This document shows, piece by piece, positions 24,981 through 33,743 of a stretch of 44,370 bases of DNA. Below the pieces are notes generated by a model. It was not told the DNA's origin and did no database searches. It saw only the letters and a list, made by a program, of their open reading frames with translations. Location of the stretch: positions 1-44,370 of the IMG/VR virus record IMGVR_UViG_3300024309_000095. The stretch is one strand, 5' to 3'. Made by a program: the position numbers and the translations under genes. Each line of letters begins with the position of its first letter. Within the stretch, counting starts at the first letter, position 1. This DNA comes from a virus. Taxonomy: Duplodnaviria; Caudoviricetes.

Positions 24981-27511
24981 TGAGCGCTCGCACTCTTGCC
25001 GTAAACGTATTTCTCAAAGGCTTCGACACCCTGTCGGGGCCTTTGCGCGCGATTGCGGGTACCTCGATCGACGCCAAGGACAATATCCGCGGCATGTCCG
25101 ACGAGGTGCGGAAACAGAAGGGTGAACTGGCCGACCTGCGCGCCGAAATGAAAAAGGCCGGCGGCGGCACGGACGAAATGATCGCCCGCGAACGCAGCCT
25201 GTCCGATCAGTTGGCCAGGACCACCAAACAACTGGATTTGCAAAAGGCGGCGCAGAAGCGTCTCGAATCCGCCAAGCGTGATGCCGACAAGGGCATGGAC
25301 GCCGGCATGAAGAACCTGGCCGTTGGCGCAGGCCTGGCCGCGCCCCTGATCCTGGCCGGCAAGGCTACATCCGATCTTCAGGACAATATGACTGATATTC
25401 GGCAGGTGGCCAACCTGACAGCGAACGATACTGCCCGCCTGGAAGACAATATTTTCAATGCCGCACATGATGCCGCCCAGCTTCCTGACAACATGTTGCG
25501 AGGCGTCAATAACCTGCTGGGCGCGGGGCTGGATGATCCAAAATCTGCGCTCAAGATGATGGCCCCAATTGGAAGGGCTGCAACGGCGTATCGAGCTGAA
25601 ATCGATGACCTGTCAAGAGCGTCATTTAGCGTTTACGACAACCTGAAGGTTCCGCTGGAAGAGACCGGGCGCGCGCTGGATATCATGGCGGCCGGCGGCA
25701 AAGCTGGTAAGATCGAGCTGCGCGACATGGCGCAGTATTTCCCCATGCTGACGGCCGGCATGGCGTCGATGAAACAGACCGGAGTGCCCGCATTGGCGGA
25801 TATGACGGCAGCATTGGAAATCTCCGCAAAAACGGCGGGTGACGCCGGCACGGCCGCCAACAACCTGAACAACTTGCTTCTGAAAGCCTATAGCCCGGAG
25901 GCGCAAAAGAACTTCAAAGAGATGGGTATTGACCTGGCCAGTTCGCTCGACAGAGCCGGGAAAGAGGGAAAGTCTAAAATCGAAACCCTTGTTGATCTCG
26001 TCAATAAGGCGACCAAGGGTAACGACACCAAGGTCAGCAACCTGTTTCAGGACCAGCAAGCACAGATGGCCCTCAAGGCGCTTATGCAACACACCGATGA
26101 ATACCGGGCGATCAGGGCAGAGATCACGAAGGCGTCGGGGACGGTAGACGCAGATTTCAATATCCGGATGCAAAATCTTTCTGCGCAGACGCGAATTGGG
26201 GCGGGAGACGTCCAGCGCGTGGCGACCGTCATAGGTGAGCAGCTTATGCCGGAAGTCCTCGCGGTTACCGGTCCATTGAAAAATTTGGCCGATGGCTTTG
26301 CCAATTGGTCAGTTGGTCATAAGACGGCCGCCGGGACGCTGGCAAAGTTGGTGGTGGGAATCGCCGCCTTTAATCTCGTGCTGGGCGCGGGGCGGGTGGC
26401 ATGGGCGTCAACCGTGGTGCCCCTGACCAAGCTGTATAACGGTTTTGTCCTGCTCAAAAATTCCGCCATCGTCGCCCAGGTCTGGGCGGGCGCGTCGTCG
26501 ATGATTGGCGGTGCCATGACGGTCCTGCGTGGTGGCCTGATCGCCGGGGCGCAAGGTGTCTGGACCTTTACAGCCGCTCTGCTGGCAAATCCGGTGACGT
26601 GGATTGTTGTCGCCATTGTCGCAGCGGTTGGTCTGCTGGCCTTCTTCGTCTACGAGTTGATCAAGCATTGGGATAAGGTCGGCCCCTGGCTGTCGAACCT
26701 GTGGGGCAATGTTAAATCGATCTTCATGACGGGTGTCCGGGGGGCGCTGGATATTTTTCTCAACTTCACGCCACTCGGCATCCTGATCAATAATTGGGGC
26801 ACCATCGGTCCGTGGCTGTCGAACCTGTGGGGCAACGTCCAGTCGATCTTCATGACCGGCGTTTCATGGGCGCTCAAGGCCTTCCTGAACTTCACGCCCC
26901 TTGGCTGGGTCATTCAGTCTCTGCAACCGGCCCTGAACTGGCTGGCGCAGATCGACATGCTTGGTATGGGTAAAAATCTGATCGACGGGCTAATCAAGGG
27001 CATTACCGATAAGTGGGACGCTCTGAAATCGACCATCAAAAAGGTGGCTGATGGCGCGGCCAATTGGTTCAAGGATCATCTCGGCATTCATAGCCCATCC
27101 CGCGTCTTTATGGATTTCGGCGGCAATATCGTCCAGGGCCTGAGCTTGGGCGTCAAGGGCGGCATGGCCGGCCCGGTCGCTCAGGTCGCGCGGATGGCCG
27201 ATGGCGTCAGGGACGCCATGAAACCACCACCAGTCTGGCGCTTGGCATCGACCGTAACCGGCATGATGCAGGAACCGCCACCGACCGTTAAACGTATGAC
27301 CCGCGCCGCCGGTGCGGCCGCCACGGTCGGCATGGCGGCCATGGGCGCCGCAGCATCTTCGGTCTATATCGCGCCGGGCGCCATCGTTATCCATGCGGCG
27401 CCAGGTCAGGACGCCCAGGACATTGCCCGCGCCGTGCGGGATGAATTGGCGCGCCATGCCGACGAGCAGGCCGCGCGCAAGCGCTCCAGCTATGAGGATG
27501 ACGCCGCATGA
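24980..27511 (+). CDS. T: Tape measure protein (gpT)
   Basis: 843 aa Ala-rich, LGIHSPSRVF; 126-bp internal duplication (26687 vs 26813). Confidence 0.93.
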   Translation: MSARTLAVNVFLKGFDTLSGPLRAIAGTSIDAKDNIRGMSDEVRKQKGELADLRAEMKKAGGGTDEMIARERSLSDQLARTTKQLDLQKAAQKRLESAKRDADKGMDAGMKNLAVGAGLAAPLILAGKATSDLQDNMTDIRQVANLTANDTARLEDNIFNAAHDAAQLPDNMLRGVNNLLGAGLDDPKSALKMMAPIGRAATAYRAEIDDLSRASFSVYDNLKVPLEETGRALDIMAAGGKAGKIELRDMAQYFPMLTAGMASMKQTGVPALADMTAALEISAKTAGDAGTAANNLNNLLLKAYSPEAQKNFKEMGIDLASSLDRAGKEGKSKIETLVDLVNKATKGNDTKVSNLFQDQQAQMALKALMQHTDEYRAIRAEITKASGTVDADFNIRMQNLSAQTRIGAGDVQRVATVIGEQLMPEVLAVTGPLKNLADGFANWSVGHKTAAGTLAKLVVGIAAFNLVLGAGRVAWASTVVPLTKLYNGFVLLKNSAIVAQVWAGASSMIGGAMTVLRGGLIAGAQGVWTFTAALLANPVTWIVVAIVAAVGLLAFFVYELIKHWDKVGPWLSNLWGNVKSIFMTGVRGALDIFLNFTPLGILINNWGTIGPWLSNLWGNVQSIFMTGVSWALKAFLNFTPLGWVIQSLQPALNWLAQIDMLGMGKNLIDGLIKGITDKWDALKSTIKKVADGAANWFKDHLGIHSPSRVFMDFGGNIVQGLSLGVKGGMAGPVAQVARMADGVRDAMKPPPVWRLASTVTGMMQEPPPTVKRMTRAAGAAATVGMAAMGAAASSVYIAPGAIVIHAAPGQDAQDIARAVRDELARHADEQAARKRSSYEDDAA

Positions 27512-27903
27512 TGATGGCGCTCGATACCTTCCTTTTCGAGACGGACACCCTGCCCTATCAGGAAATGGCGTTGCAGGCGTCTTGGCGCTACGCCCGCTCC
27601 GAACGATTTCAAGCCCTGCCATCGGCTCAATTCCTGGGCGAAGAAGCCATGGATATCACCCTGACCGGGGCGCTGTACAACGGTCAGATTGGTGATTATG
27701 GCGCGCTGGCCACCCTGTCGGAAATGGCCAGCCGCGGCGAGGCCTATCAGCTTATGTCTGGGGAGGGTAATGTGCTGGGCTATTTCACGATCGAGGCGCT
27801 GGAGGTGCGCAATAGCCTGTTTTTCATCGACGGAGTACCCCGCAAGGCCGCCTTCTCGATCAAGCTGAAACAGGCCCCCGATTCCGGCGAAGACCAGCAA
27901 TGA
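27508..27903 (+). CDS. U: Tail protein (gpU)
   Basis: MMMAL..FLF...TLPYQ, QFLG, DGVPRK. Confidence 0.9.
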   Translation: MMMALDTFLFETDTLPYQEMALQASWRYARSERFQALPSAQFLGEEAMDITLTGALYNGQIGDYGALATLSEMASRGEAYQLMSGEGNVLGYFTIEALEVRNSLFFIDGVPRKAAFSIKLKQAPDSGEDQQ

Positions 27904-28916
27904 CCAGCAGCCCCATTCCCCGCGCCGCCTGGCGCGTAACGCTCGACGGCAAGGATATGACCGGGCGAATGGCCCCGCGCCTCCTCAGCCTGTCACTGAA
28001 CGAAAAGCGCGGCAACGAGGCCGATCAGCTTGATATCGTGCTCGACAATGTTGATGGAAAGCTGGCCATGCCGCCCACAGGCGTCACGCTCAAGGTGGCG
28101 CTGGGCTGGGAGCGCGGCCCGGCTGGCCTGCCTATAGGCCTGATCGATAAAGGGGATTTCATTGTCGATGAACGTTCGGCCGCAGGCCCGCCCGACACCA
28201 TCCGAATCCGCGCCCGATCGGCCGATCTGCGCGGTAACTTCCGCGTCCGCCGCGAACGCGCTTTTGTGGGGCAAAGCGTCGGTTATGTCGTCAAGCTGCT
28301 GGCCGCTGAGAATGGACTGACCGAGCGCATAGATCCGGACCTGGCCGGCGAAACGATCGAGGCGCTGGGTCATGGCGCCAAGAGCGATGCGGCCCTCTTA
28401 CAGGATTTGGGGCGGCGGTTCGATGCCGTCGCTACGGTCAAGGGCGGATACCTGATCTTTTCCGCAATCGGCAAGGGTGAGACGGCCACCGGCTTGAAAA
28501 TCCCCGCCCTGAGCATCGCCCGGCGCGATTGTGGCGGCTTCCGTTTCGAGGAGGCCGACCGTGGCCAGTATGGCGGCGTGGTGGCCAAATGGCATAACAT
28601 CGCCACCGGCCAGCAGGAAAAGGTGGTGGCGGGATCGGAACACCCCGCCCCCAAAAGATTGCGCAAGGTCTATGCCAGCGAATCGAGCGCCTTGCAGGCC
28701 GCTACCGCCGAATTGAAACGGATGAAACGCGGCAAGGCAAGGATCAGTTTCCCCCTGTCACTTGGTCGGCCGGATATTTATCCTGATCGCGCCATAACCC
28801 TGACGGGCTATATGCCGGAGATAAACGCCTTGTCCTGGCTGGTGGCTGAAACTACTCATAACATGGACGGCAAGGGCGGCCTGGATACCCGGTTGCAACT
28901 GGAAACGGCCTTATAG
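27900..28916 (+). CDS. D: Baseplate hub / late control protein (gpD)
   Basis: EADQLDIVLD, LIDKGDFIVDE, GPPD.IRIRARSAD. Confidence 0.92.
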   Translation: MTSSPIPRAAWRVTLDGKDMTGRMAPRLLSLSLNEKRGNEADQLDIVLDNVDGKLAMPPTGVTLKVALGWERGPAGLPIGLIDKGDFIVDERSAAGPPDTIRIRARSADLRGNFRVRRERAFVGQSVGYVVKLLAAENGLTERIDPDLAGETIEALGHGAKSDAALLQDLGRRFDAVATVKGGYLIFSAIGKGETATGLKIPALSIARRDCGGFRFEEADRGQYGGVVAKWHNIATGQQEKVVAGSEHPAPKRLRKVYASESSALQAATAELKRMKRGKARISFPLSLGRPDIYPDRAITLTGYMPEINALSWLVAETTHNMDGKGGLDTRLQLETAL

Positions 28917-28930
28917 TTCTGCTCTTGTTT
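28916..28930 (+). promoter_or_regulatory. Near-consensus LexA box before a moron gene
   Basis: GTTC-TGCTCTT-GTTT (one mismatch), immediately followed by ATAAT. Confidence 0.4.
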
Positions 28931-28995
28931 ATAATTCTTCGGTCCTCATATGTGGAATGCGGCGAGCCGCATTAACCATTTACCAGGAGGAAAAC

Positions 28996-29391
28996 GTGGA
29001 ATTGAATGTCGAGAATTTGCGATTGCTCGCCAATTATATCGGTGACGTAAAAAGGCAGGTTGAACACACCATCGGCCAGCAACCTACTCCCAACGATACT
29101 CTTAGTCGTGTTGCGCCCCAACTCGCCACTGCGGAGAAGCGTCTGAAAGATTTGTATGACCAAATCACCGCGCGACATCAGGCAGATGCGGAAGCCATCC
29201 ATGCGGCACTGAAACTGATTAAGGAAGGTGCGGACAACCCCGACTTTTCCCAGGCATTGGGGCATACCCCGATTAATCTCAATTTTGCCGACTATTCTCC
29301 CCTGACATTCCAAGCGCCGCAGCAAGATACGATCGGCCTTGGTACGGCCATGCAGGCCGCTGTTCGCGCCGAAACACAGGTAGTCAAATAA
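28996..29391 (+). CDS. Hypothetical moron protein (131 aa)
   Basis: AGGAGG RBS then GTG; lower GC. Confidence 0.7.
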   Translation: MELNVENLRLLANYIGDVKRQVEHTIGQQPTPNDTLSRVAPQLATAEKRLKDLYDQITARHQADAEAIHAALKLIKEGADNPDFSQALGHTPINLNFADYSPLTFQAPQQDTIGLGTAMQAAVRAETQVVK

Positions 29392-29437
29392 CAAATTAAA
29401 GTTGGATATAGGTCGGACGGCTGATAAAGCATTGCAA

Positions 29438-29809
29438 ATGCTTTTATTTCTGGCCGTCCTAGCCTGTACACCCATAGCCGTCGATGGTGATACGATTCGT
29501 TGTGGTCATGAGCGTATTCGCCTGCTTGGTATCGATGCGCCGGAAATGCCTGGCCATTGCCGGCAAAGCCGTATCTGCGTTGACGGTGACCCTTACGCCA
29601 GCCGTGCCAATTTACAGCGTTTACTGACCGCGCGCCCGTTGACGATCGAGCGAAAGGGCACGGACAAATATGGCCGAACGATCGCATTGGTTCGCGCCGG
29701 CGGCCATGATCTGTCATGCAGCCAGATCAAAGCCGGCCGCGCGGTCTATGTCCACAAGTGGGATAATGGTAGCGCCGTGGCCAATATCTGCCCGGCCGTG
29801 CGGCAATGA
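29438..29809 (+). CDS. Thermonuclease (SNase-like), probably exported
   Basis: VDGDTI, RIRLLGIDAPE, DKYGRT; short hydrophobic N-terminus ending LAC. Confidence 0.85.
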   Translation: MLLFLAVLACTPIAVDGDTIRCGHERIRLLGIDAPEMPGHCRQSRICVDGDPYASRANLQRLLTARPLTIERKGTDKYGRTIALVRAGGHDLSCSQIKAGRAVYVHKWDNGSAVANICPAVRQ

Positions 29810-29863
29810 AACGCGATCCTGTTGAATGGCTACTGATCCTGGCTCTTGCCGCCTGCATTGGCA

Positions 29864-30427
29864 TCAGTCTGTGGTTTGGGATTGCTGGCCGCTAACCTGC
29901 TGACTGCCTTCTCCAAAATTGCTCAAGTCAACGCCGTCATCAGCAAAGGTTGTGTATATTTGGGCCATGTTCATCATAAGGCGTTTCGGCAAGTCTTCGG
30001 ACGTCTGTTGGAGGTCTGTAAGGGTAGACGGGCGTGTATCGCCGTTGGCCACTTTCCCGAACAGACTAAACTTAGATCCCTTTACCGAATAGGTAAGCGC
30101 GAGATCGGAGAGGTGTTCACGCATGGCATCTTCGTTCTTTTTAGAAAGGCTTTTTGGAACTGATATTTCCCTTATATCCCTGTAAGCCTGATCACAGGCG
30201 GCCTCGCCCGATTTGGCTACCTGATAAATTTCCAGCACATCCCTCTTTTGAGAAGCATCGGCCATTTTGTTGTCATAGCTATCGCACTCTGAAACCGTGG
30301 AAACGATTTTGTCCAAAAAAACTTTAGCGTCGGCAGTGCGCTGCGCCTTCATATCCTCCGGCCTTTTAGTCTCCCCACATGATATAAGTGCCAAGGCAAT
30401 AAAAGGTACGATGATTACACGCTTCAT
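29864..30427 (-). CDS. Lipoprotein co-oriented with cI (superinfection-exclusion candidate)
   Basis: MKRVIIVPFIALALISC lipobox; directly downstream of cI. Confidence 0.7.
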   Translation of the reverse strand: MKRVIIVPFIALALISCGETKRPEDMKAQRTADAKVFLDKIVSTVSECDSYDNKMADASQKRDVLEIYQVAKSGEAACDQAYRDIREISVPKSLSKKNEDAMREHLSDLALTYSVKGSKFSLFGKVANGDTRPSTLTDLQQTSEDLPKRLMMNMAQIYTTFADDGVDLSNFGEGSQQVSGQQSQTTD

Positions 30428-30514
30428 GGAAAACCCCCGCCTGATAGATGATCAAACAGGGGTCGCATGCCGTGCGGCGCAACGTCAAGCTGTTACCGCT
30501 CTTTTTGCGTGTAT

Positions 30515-31174
30515 TTAAACCCGCCGAACCACGGCGATGATGCGGCCAATGACGTGCATGGAGCCATCCGTCGCTTTATCGGGCGGCACGGACGGATTGT
30601 CTGACAGGATCGTGTAACCTTCGGCCGTCGCGCGGAGGCGCTTGATCATGCCATGGCCATATTGCGTGATCGCCCATATCTGGTCTGACTTGAGCGGATG
30701 GTTCTGGCTGCGATCACCGAGCAGGATATCACGCGGGCCGATGGTCGGCATCATCGAATCACCATCGCCCTCGATCCAGAAGAGTTCGTGTATGGGCGAA
30801 TCAGTGAACTGCCGAATCCAGGCACGTGAAAACATCATCGGATCAGTTTTGACATTATCATCGATTACCGCGCCGCCGCCCATCGAATAGCGGGCGTCGA
30901 TCTGTGGGATTGAAACCAAATCAAGCTGTTCTGAAAGCAGCTCAGGCGTCGGAACAGGCAAGGCGCCTTCTGTCGGATCGTCGGTTTCATCCATTAAATA
31001 ACCCGGCGAGGTTTGAAGTGCCCGCGACAGGTCAAAAACCTTTGCTGTATTGGCCGATTCACCACGCTCCAGCTTGCCGACCATCGCGCCAGACATACCA
31101 ACCAATTCGCCTAAAGCATCCTGCGAAAGGTTTAGAACTTTTCGACGTTGCGCGACTTTTTTGCCATTGATCAT
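30515..31174 (-). CDS. cI: Phage repressor, XRE HTH + S24 peptidase-like domain
   Basis: LSQDALGELVGMS...KLERG; GDSMMPTI (Ser) and IKRL (Lys); divergent from cro. Confidence 0.92.
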   Translation of the reverse strand: MINGKKVAQRRKVLNLSQDALGELVGMSGAMVGKLERGESANTAKVFDLSRALQTSPGYLMDETDDPTEGALPVPTPELLSEQLDLVSIPQIDARYSMGGGAVIDDNVKTDPMMFSRAWIRQFTDSPIHELFWIEGDGDSMMPTIGPRDILLGDRSQNHPLKSDQIWAITQYGHGMIKRLRATAEGYTILSDNPSVPPDKATDGSMHVIGRIIAVVRRV

Positions 31175-31184
31175 AAAATGAACC

Positions 31185-31247
31185 TACAACTTAGGTTGCA
31201 GCGAGGAAATGTAATTTGGTAGTTTACAGGTGGCAACTTTGGTTGTA
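31185..31247. promoter_or_regulatory. cI/cro operators
   Basis: TACAAC-TTAG-GTTGCA (31185-31200) and GGCAAC-TTTG-GTTGTA (31232-31247), plus partial copies. Confidence 0.7.
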
Positions 31248-31269
31248 ATTGGTTGTCATGGAGAACACC

Positions 31270-31587
31270 ATGACACCTTTTGAAGCCCTAACCACCGCCA
31301 TGGAGCGCGCCGGATCACAGTCCGCCCTCGCCCGTATCTGCGGCTGTTCACAAACCGCCGTCTGGAAGATGTTCCAGGCAAACCGCCTGTCCGTGGGATA
31401 TGTCCTTGCCGTGGAAGAAGCCACCGGCATTTCCCGCCACGATCTGCGCCCCGACATTTACCCTCGCCCCAAGCTGAACCGCCGCGCCACCGACCGGCGC
31501 GACGACGAGGAGTTATCGCCCTGGGACACCGGCGACTACGGCAATCAGTCCGACATTTTGGACTTTACCCATGGAGCGACCATATGA
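31270..31587 (+). CDS. cro: Cro/YdaS-like HTH regulator
   Basis: AGSQSALARICGCSQTAVWKM...ISRHDLRPDIYP; GGAG RBS. Confidence 0.85.
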   Translation: MTPFEALTTAMERAGSQSALARICGCSQTAVWKMFQANRLSVGYVLAVEEATGISRHDLRPDIYPRPKLNRRATDRRDDEELSPWDTGDYGNQSDILDFTHGATI

Positions 31588-31757
31588 GCCGCTTTATTCT
31601 GAATACCCTCGCCGGGGCGTTCGCGGCCTTGCTGATCGGCGGCCCCATCGTCTGTGCCTTCGGCGTCCAGCCCCCGCGCTGGGCCTTTCTGGTTTACCTG
31701 ATCGTCCTGGCCTTCGTGGTCTACGGTCACAAGGTCACGGAAGGGGATCGCCCATGA
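31584..31757 (+). CDS. Small membrane protein (57 aa, not in the ORF track)
   Basis: MSRFILNTLAGAFAALLIGG...; ATGA overlaps at both ends. Confidence 0.6.
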   Translation: MSRFILNTLAGAFAALLIGGPIVCAFGVQPPRWAFLVYLIVLAFVVYGHKVTEGDRP

Positions 31758-31915
31758 TCGCCGCCCGGATTCAGTATGTCCGCCGCCGGCGTTCGCCCGG
31801 CATCGCCTTTCATATCCGTAATCGCGGCCGGTCGATCATCCACACCCTGGCCTCCGCCCTCGCCTGTCTCGCCTTCTTCGGCGGCCTGGTCTGCCTCATG
31901 GGGCTGTTCGGATGA
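31754..31915 (+). CDS. Small membrane protein (53 aa)
   Basis: MIAARIQY...LMGLFG; ATGA coupling. Confidence 0.55.
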   Translation: MIAARIQYVRRRRSPGIAFHIRNRGRSIIHTLASALACLAFFGGLVCLMGLFG

Positions 31916-32343
31916 GCCGCCGTATTTTTACCCAGCTCGGCCAGGTATGGGTGGATAACACCGATCATCCTGTATTCGCCATCAGCGGTGAACGTTTCTA
32001 TGACATCACCGACGCCCTTGAACGGCTCGCTGAACAATTCCTCGGCTCAGAAAATCGTCCAGCGGTTTACACCTTCCATGATGAGCGCAAGGGTCTGCTC
32101 TCCGTTACAGGTACGGCCAACGCCATTGAGGCGATAGCGCGTGAAATCGACACGGCCGCAATGATTGCGCGCCAGCGTGACGATGCTCTCAGCCAATTCA
32201 ATCACCTGTCCGAGCAGCTTTCGCAGGTCGCCGCGGAATTGATGATCACCAGAAACGCCCTTGGCCGCGCTCATGATGTCATCGAAAACAAGCAACGGCA
32301 CATCGACATGCTGGGAGCCCGCGCGAAAGCAGGCACGACATGA
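31912..32343 (+). CDS. Hypothetical early protein
   Basis: Translationally coupled 143-aa ORF. Confidence 0.7.
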   Translation: MSRRIFTQLGQVWVDNTDHPVFAISGERFYDITDALERLAEQFLGSENRPAVYTFHDERKGLLSVTGTANAIEAIAREIDTAAMIARQRDDALSQFNHLSEQLSQVAAELMITRNALGRAHDVIENKQRHIDMLGARAKAGTT

Positions 32344-32855
32344 CCAAGCAGCGCCCGCCCATGACAGCCTACCGCGCGCTGTTGCGCATTGCCGACCTGA
32401 TCGGCTGGGATGGCTGCGCCCTGGTGATCGGTAAAACCGAATGGACGGTCAGGAAATACGCCGATCCGGACACCGAGCGCGAAATCACCCTGCGCGATGC
32501 CATGCGTCTCGACCTGGCTTATCGCCGCGCCGGCGGTCACGGAACGCCTCTGTTTGAAGCCTACGCCGCGCTCATCTATCAGGCGGGGGTTTTCCATGAA
32601 GGTCACGGAACGCCTCTGTTTGAAGCCTACGCCGCGCGCCTTGAAGTCGAATTGGCCAGCGAAAACAGCGACCCCGGCCATATCCTTCAGGCCAGCCGCG
32701 AAGCCGCCCGCGAAAGCGGTGAGGCGCTCGATGCGGCCATCAGCATGGCCGCCGGCGGCGGCGACCGGCGCGAGGCGCTGCGCGAAGTCAGCGAAGCCGT
32801 CGCCGCCTTCCAGGGCCTTTATTCTCAGCTACAGCGGATGGAAGTCCCAGAATGA
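32340..32855 (+). CDS. CII-like regulatory protein carrying a 22-codon in-frame insertion
   Basis: HTH-like N-terminus (IGKTEWTVRKYADPD), AARESGEA helix; GHGTPLFEAYAA occurs twice. Confidence 0.6.
   Translation: MTKQRPPMTAYRALLRIADLIGWDGCALVIGKTEWTVRKYADPDTEREITLRDAMRLDLAYRRAGGHGTPLFEAYAALIYQAGVFHEGHGTPLFEAYAARLEVELASENSDPGHILQASREAARESGEALDAAISMAAGGGDRREALREVSEAVAAFQGLYSQLQRMEVPE
32536..32637 (+). repeat. Repeat(36)-spacer(30)-repeat(36) unit with a self-derived spacer
   Basis: GTCACGGAACGCCTCTGTTTGAAGCCTACGCCGCGC at 32536-32571 and 32602-32637; 32572-32601 is the exact reverse complement of 30422-30451. Confidence 0.9.
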
Positions 32856-33277
32856 CACGCCCCTTCACCGCCACCCATTTGGCCGCATGGCTCGACCTGA
32901 TCCATCAGGCGCAACGGTTCACCAACCCCAAGGTATTGGACCCGTCCCGTCTTAGGGCCGCAGGGGATGCCGCCGGTAGGGCCGTCCTGCCGCCCCGCTA
33001 TCAGAATATCCGCGGCTCCTGTTTCGCGCGTCTTGTCTACCTCGCCCGCTCTATTGCGGAGTTCGACGACTCTGCCCGCAAGGTGCTCTGTCACGACGCC
33101 TGCGCCTGTCAGGAACACCTGATCGAGCGCGCCACCAGCCTCGGACGACTGCAGGACGCTCTGACCGACCTTGCTACCCGCGATTTCCAGCAATTCCGGA
33201 TGGACCTGACCAACCTCATGTTTCCGGCTCCCGAACCGCGCCAGCAGCGTCGATACAGGGCGGATATCGATGCCTGA
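32852..33277 (+). CDS. Hypothetical early protein
   Basis: Coupled 141-aa ORF. Confidence 0.65.
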   Translation: MTRPFTATHLAAWLDLIHQAQRFTNPKVLDPSRLRAAGDAAGRAVLPPRYQNIRGSCFARLVYLARSIAEFDDSARKVLCHDACACQEHLIERATSLGRLQDALTDLATRDFQQFRMDLTNLMFPAPEPRQQRRYRADIDA

Positions 33278-33356
33278 CACTCATGCCGCCATTTCCTTCA
33301 GTAACCTTTGCGGGCAGAGCTGTCCGGAACCTGTATTGCCGCGTAAGGGGGCAACC

Positions 33357-33650
33357 ATGACCGAAACCACCAGCGACGAGGGTCTGCCGCAAGCCGGTAT
33401 CCCTCCGAGCAGGCGTCCCAAGGGCGGCTCACCTGTCTTCCCCTGCCCGTCCTGCGGCGCATACGGGAAACAGGTGAACGTCAAGTTCATCTCTCACACG
33501 CTGCGGACGCTCTATTACCGGTGTGACGACATAATCGACTGCGGCCACGTCTGGACCGCCAATCTCGAATATGAAGCTTCGATCACCCCTTCCCGGAAAG
33601 GTCCGGTCAAGAAGACCGCCCCCTTCCTGAGGCTGAAACCGGCCACCTGA
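33357..33650 (+). CDS. ogr: Ogr/Delta-like zinc-finger late activator
   Basis: CPSCG...LYYRC..IIDCGHVW...ITPS; an alternative start lies at 33270. Confidence 0.85.
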   Translation: MTETTSDEGLPQAGIPPSRRPKGGSPVFPCPSCGAYGKQVNVKFISHTLRTLYYRCDDIIDCGHVWTANLEYEASITPSRKGPVKKTAPFLRLKPAT

Positions 33651-33743
33651 CGCCGGCCTGAGCCACCTCCCCGAACCACGCCCGCCAAACGCGCTGCAAA
33701 GCGCGAACGCTACCGCCTTGCCTGTTGAAAGTCACCGCCCTCC

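Noticed and set aside
29438-29809. Nuclease as the restriction partner of the methyltransferases
   Set aside because: SNase-like with an export-type N-terminus and not linked to any MTase.
31731-31742. AAGGTCACGGAA matching 32599-32610 as a third repeat
   Set aside because: Only 12 bp and it does not extend; likely chance.
32536-32637. Calling the unit a bona fide CRISPR array
   Set aside because: Only two repeats, no leader, no cas genes, and the repeat is ordinary coding sequence; reported as a repeat and a finding instead.
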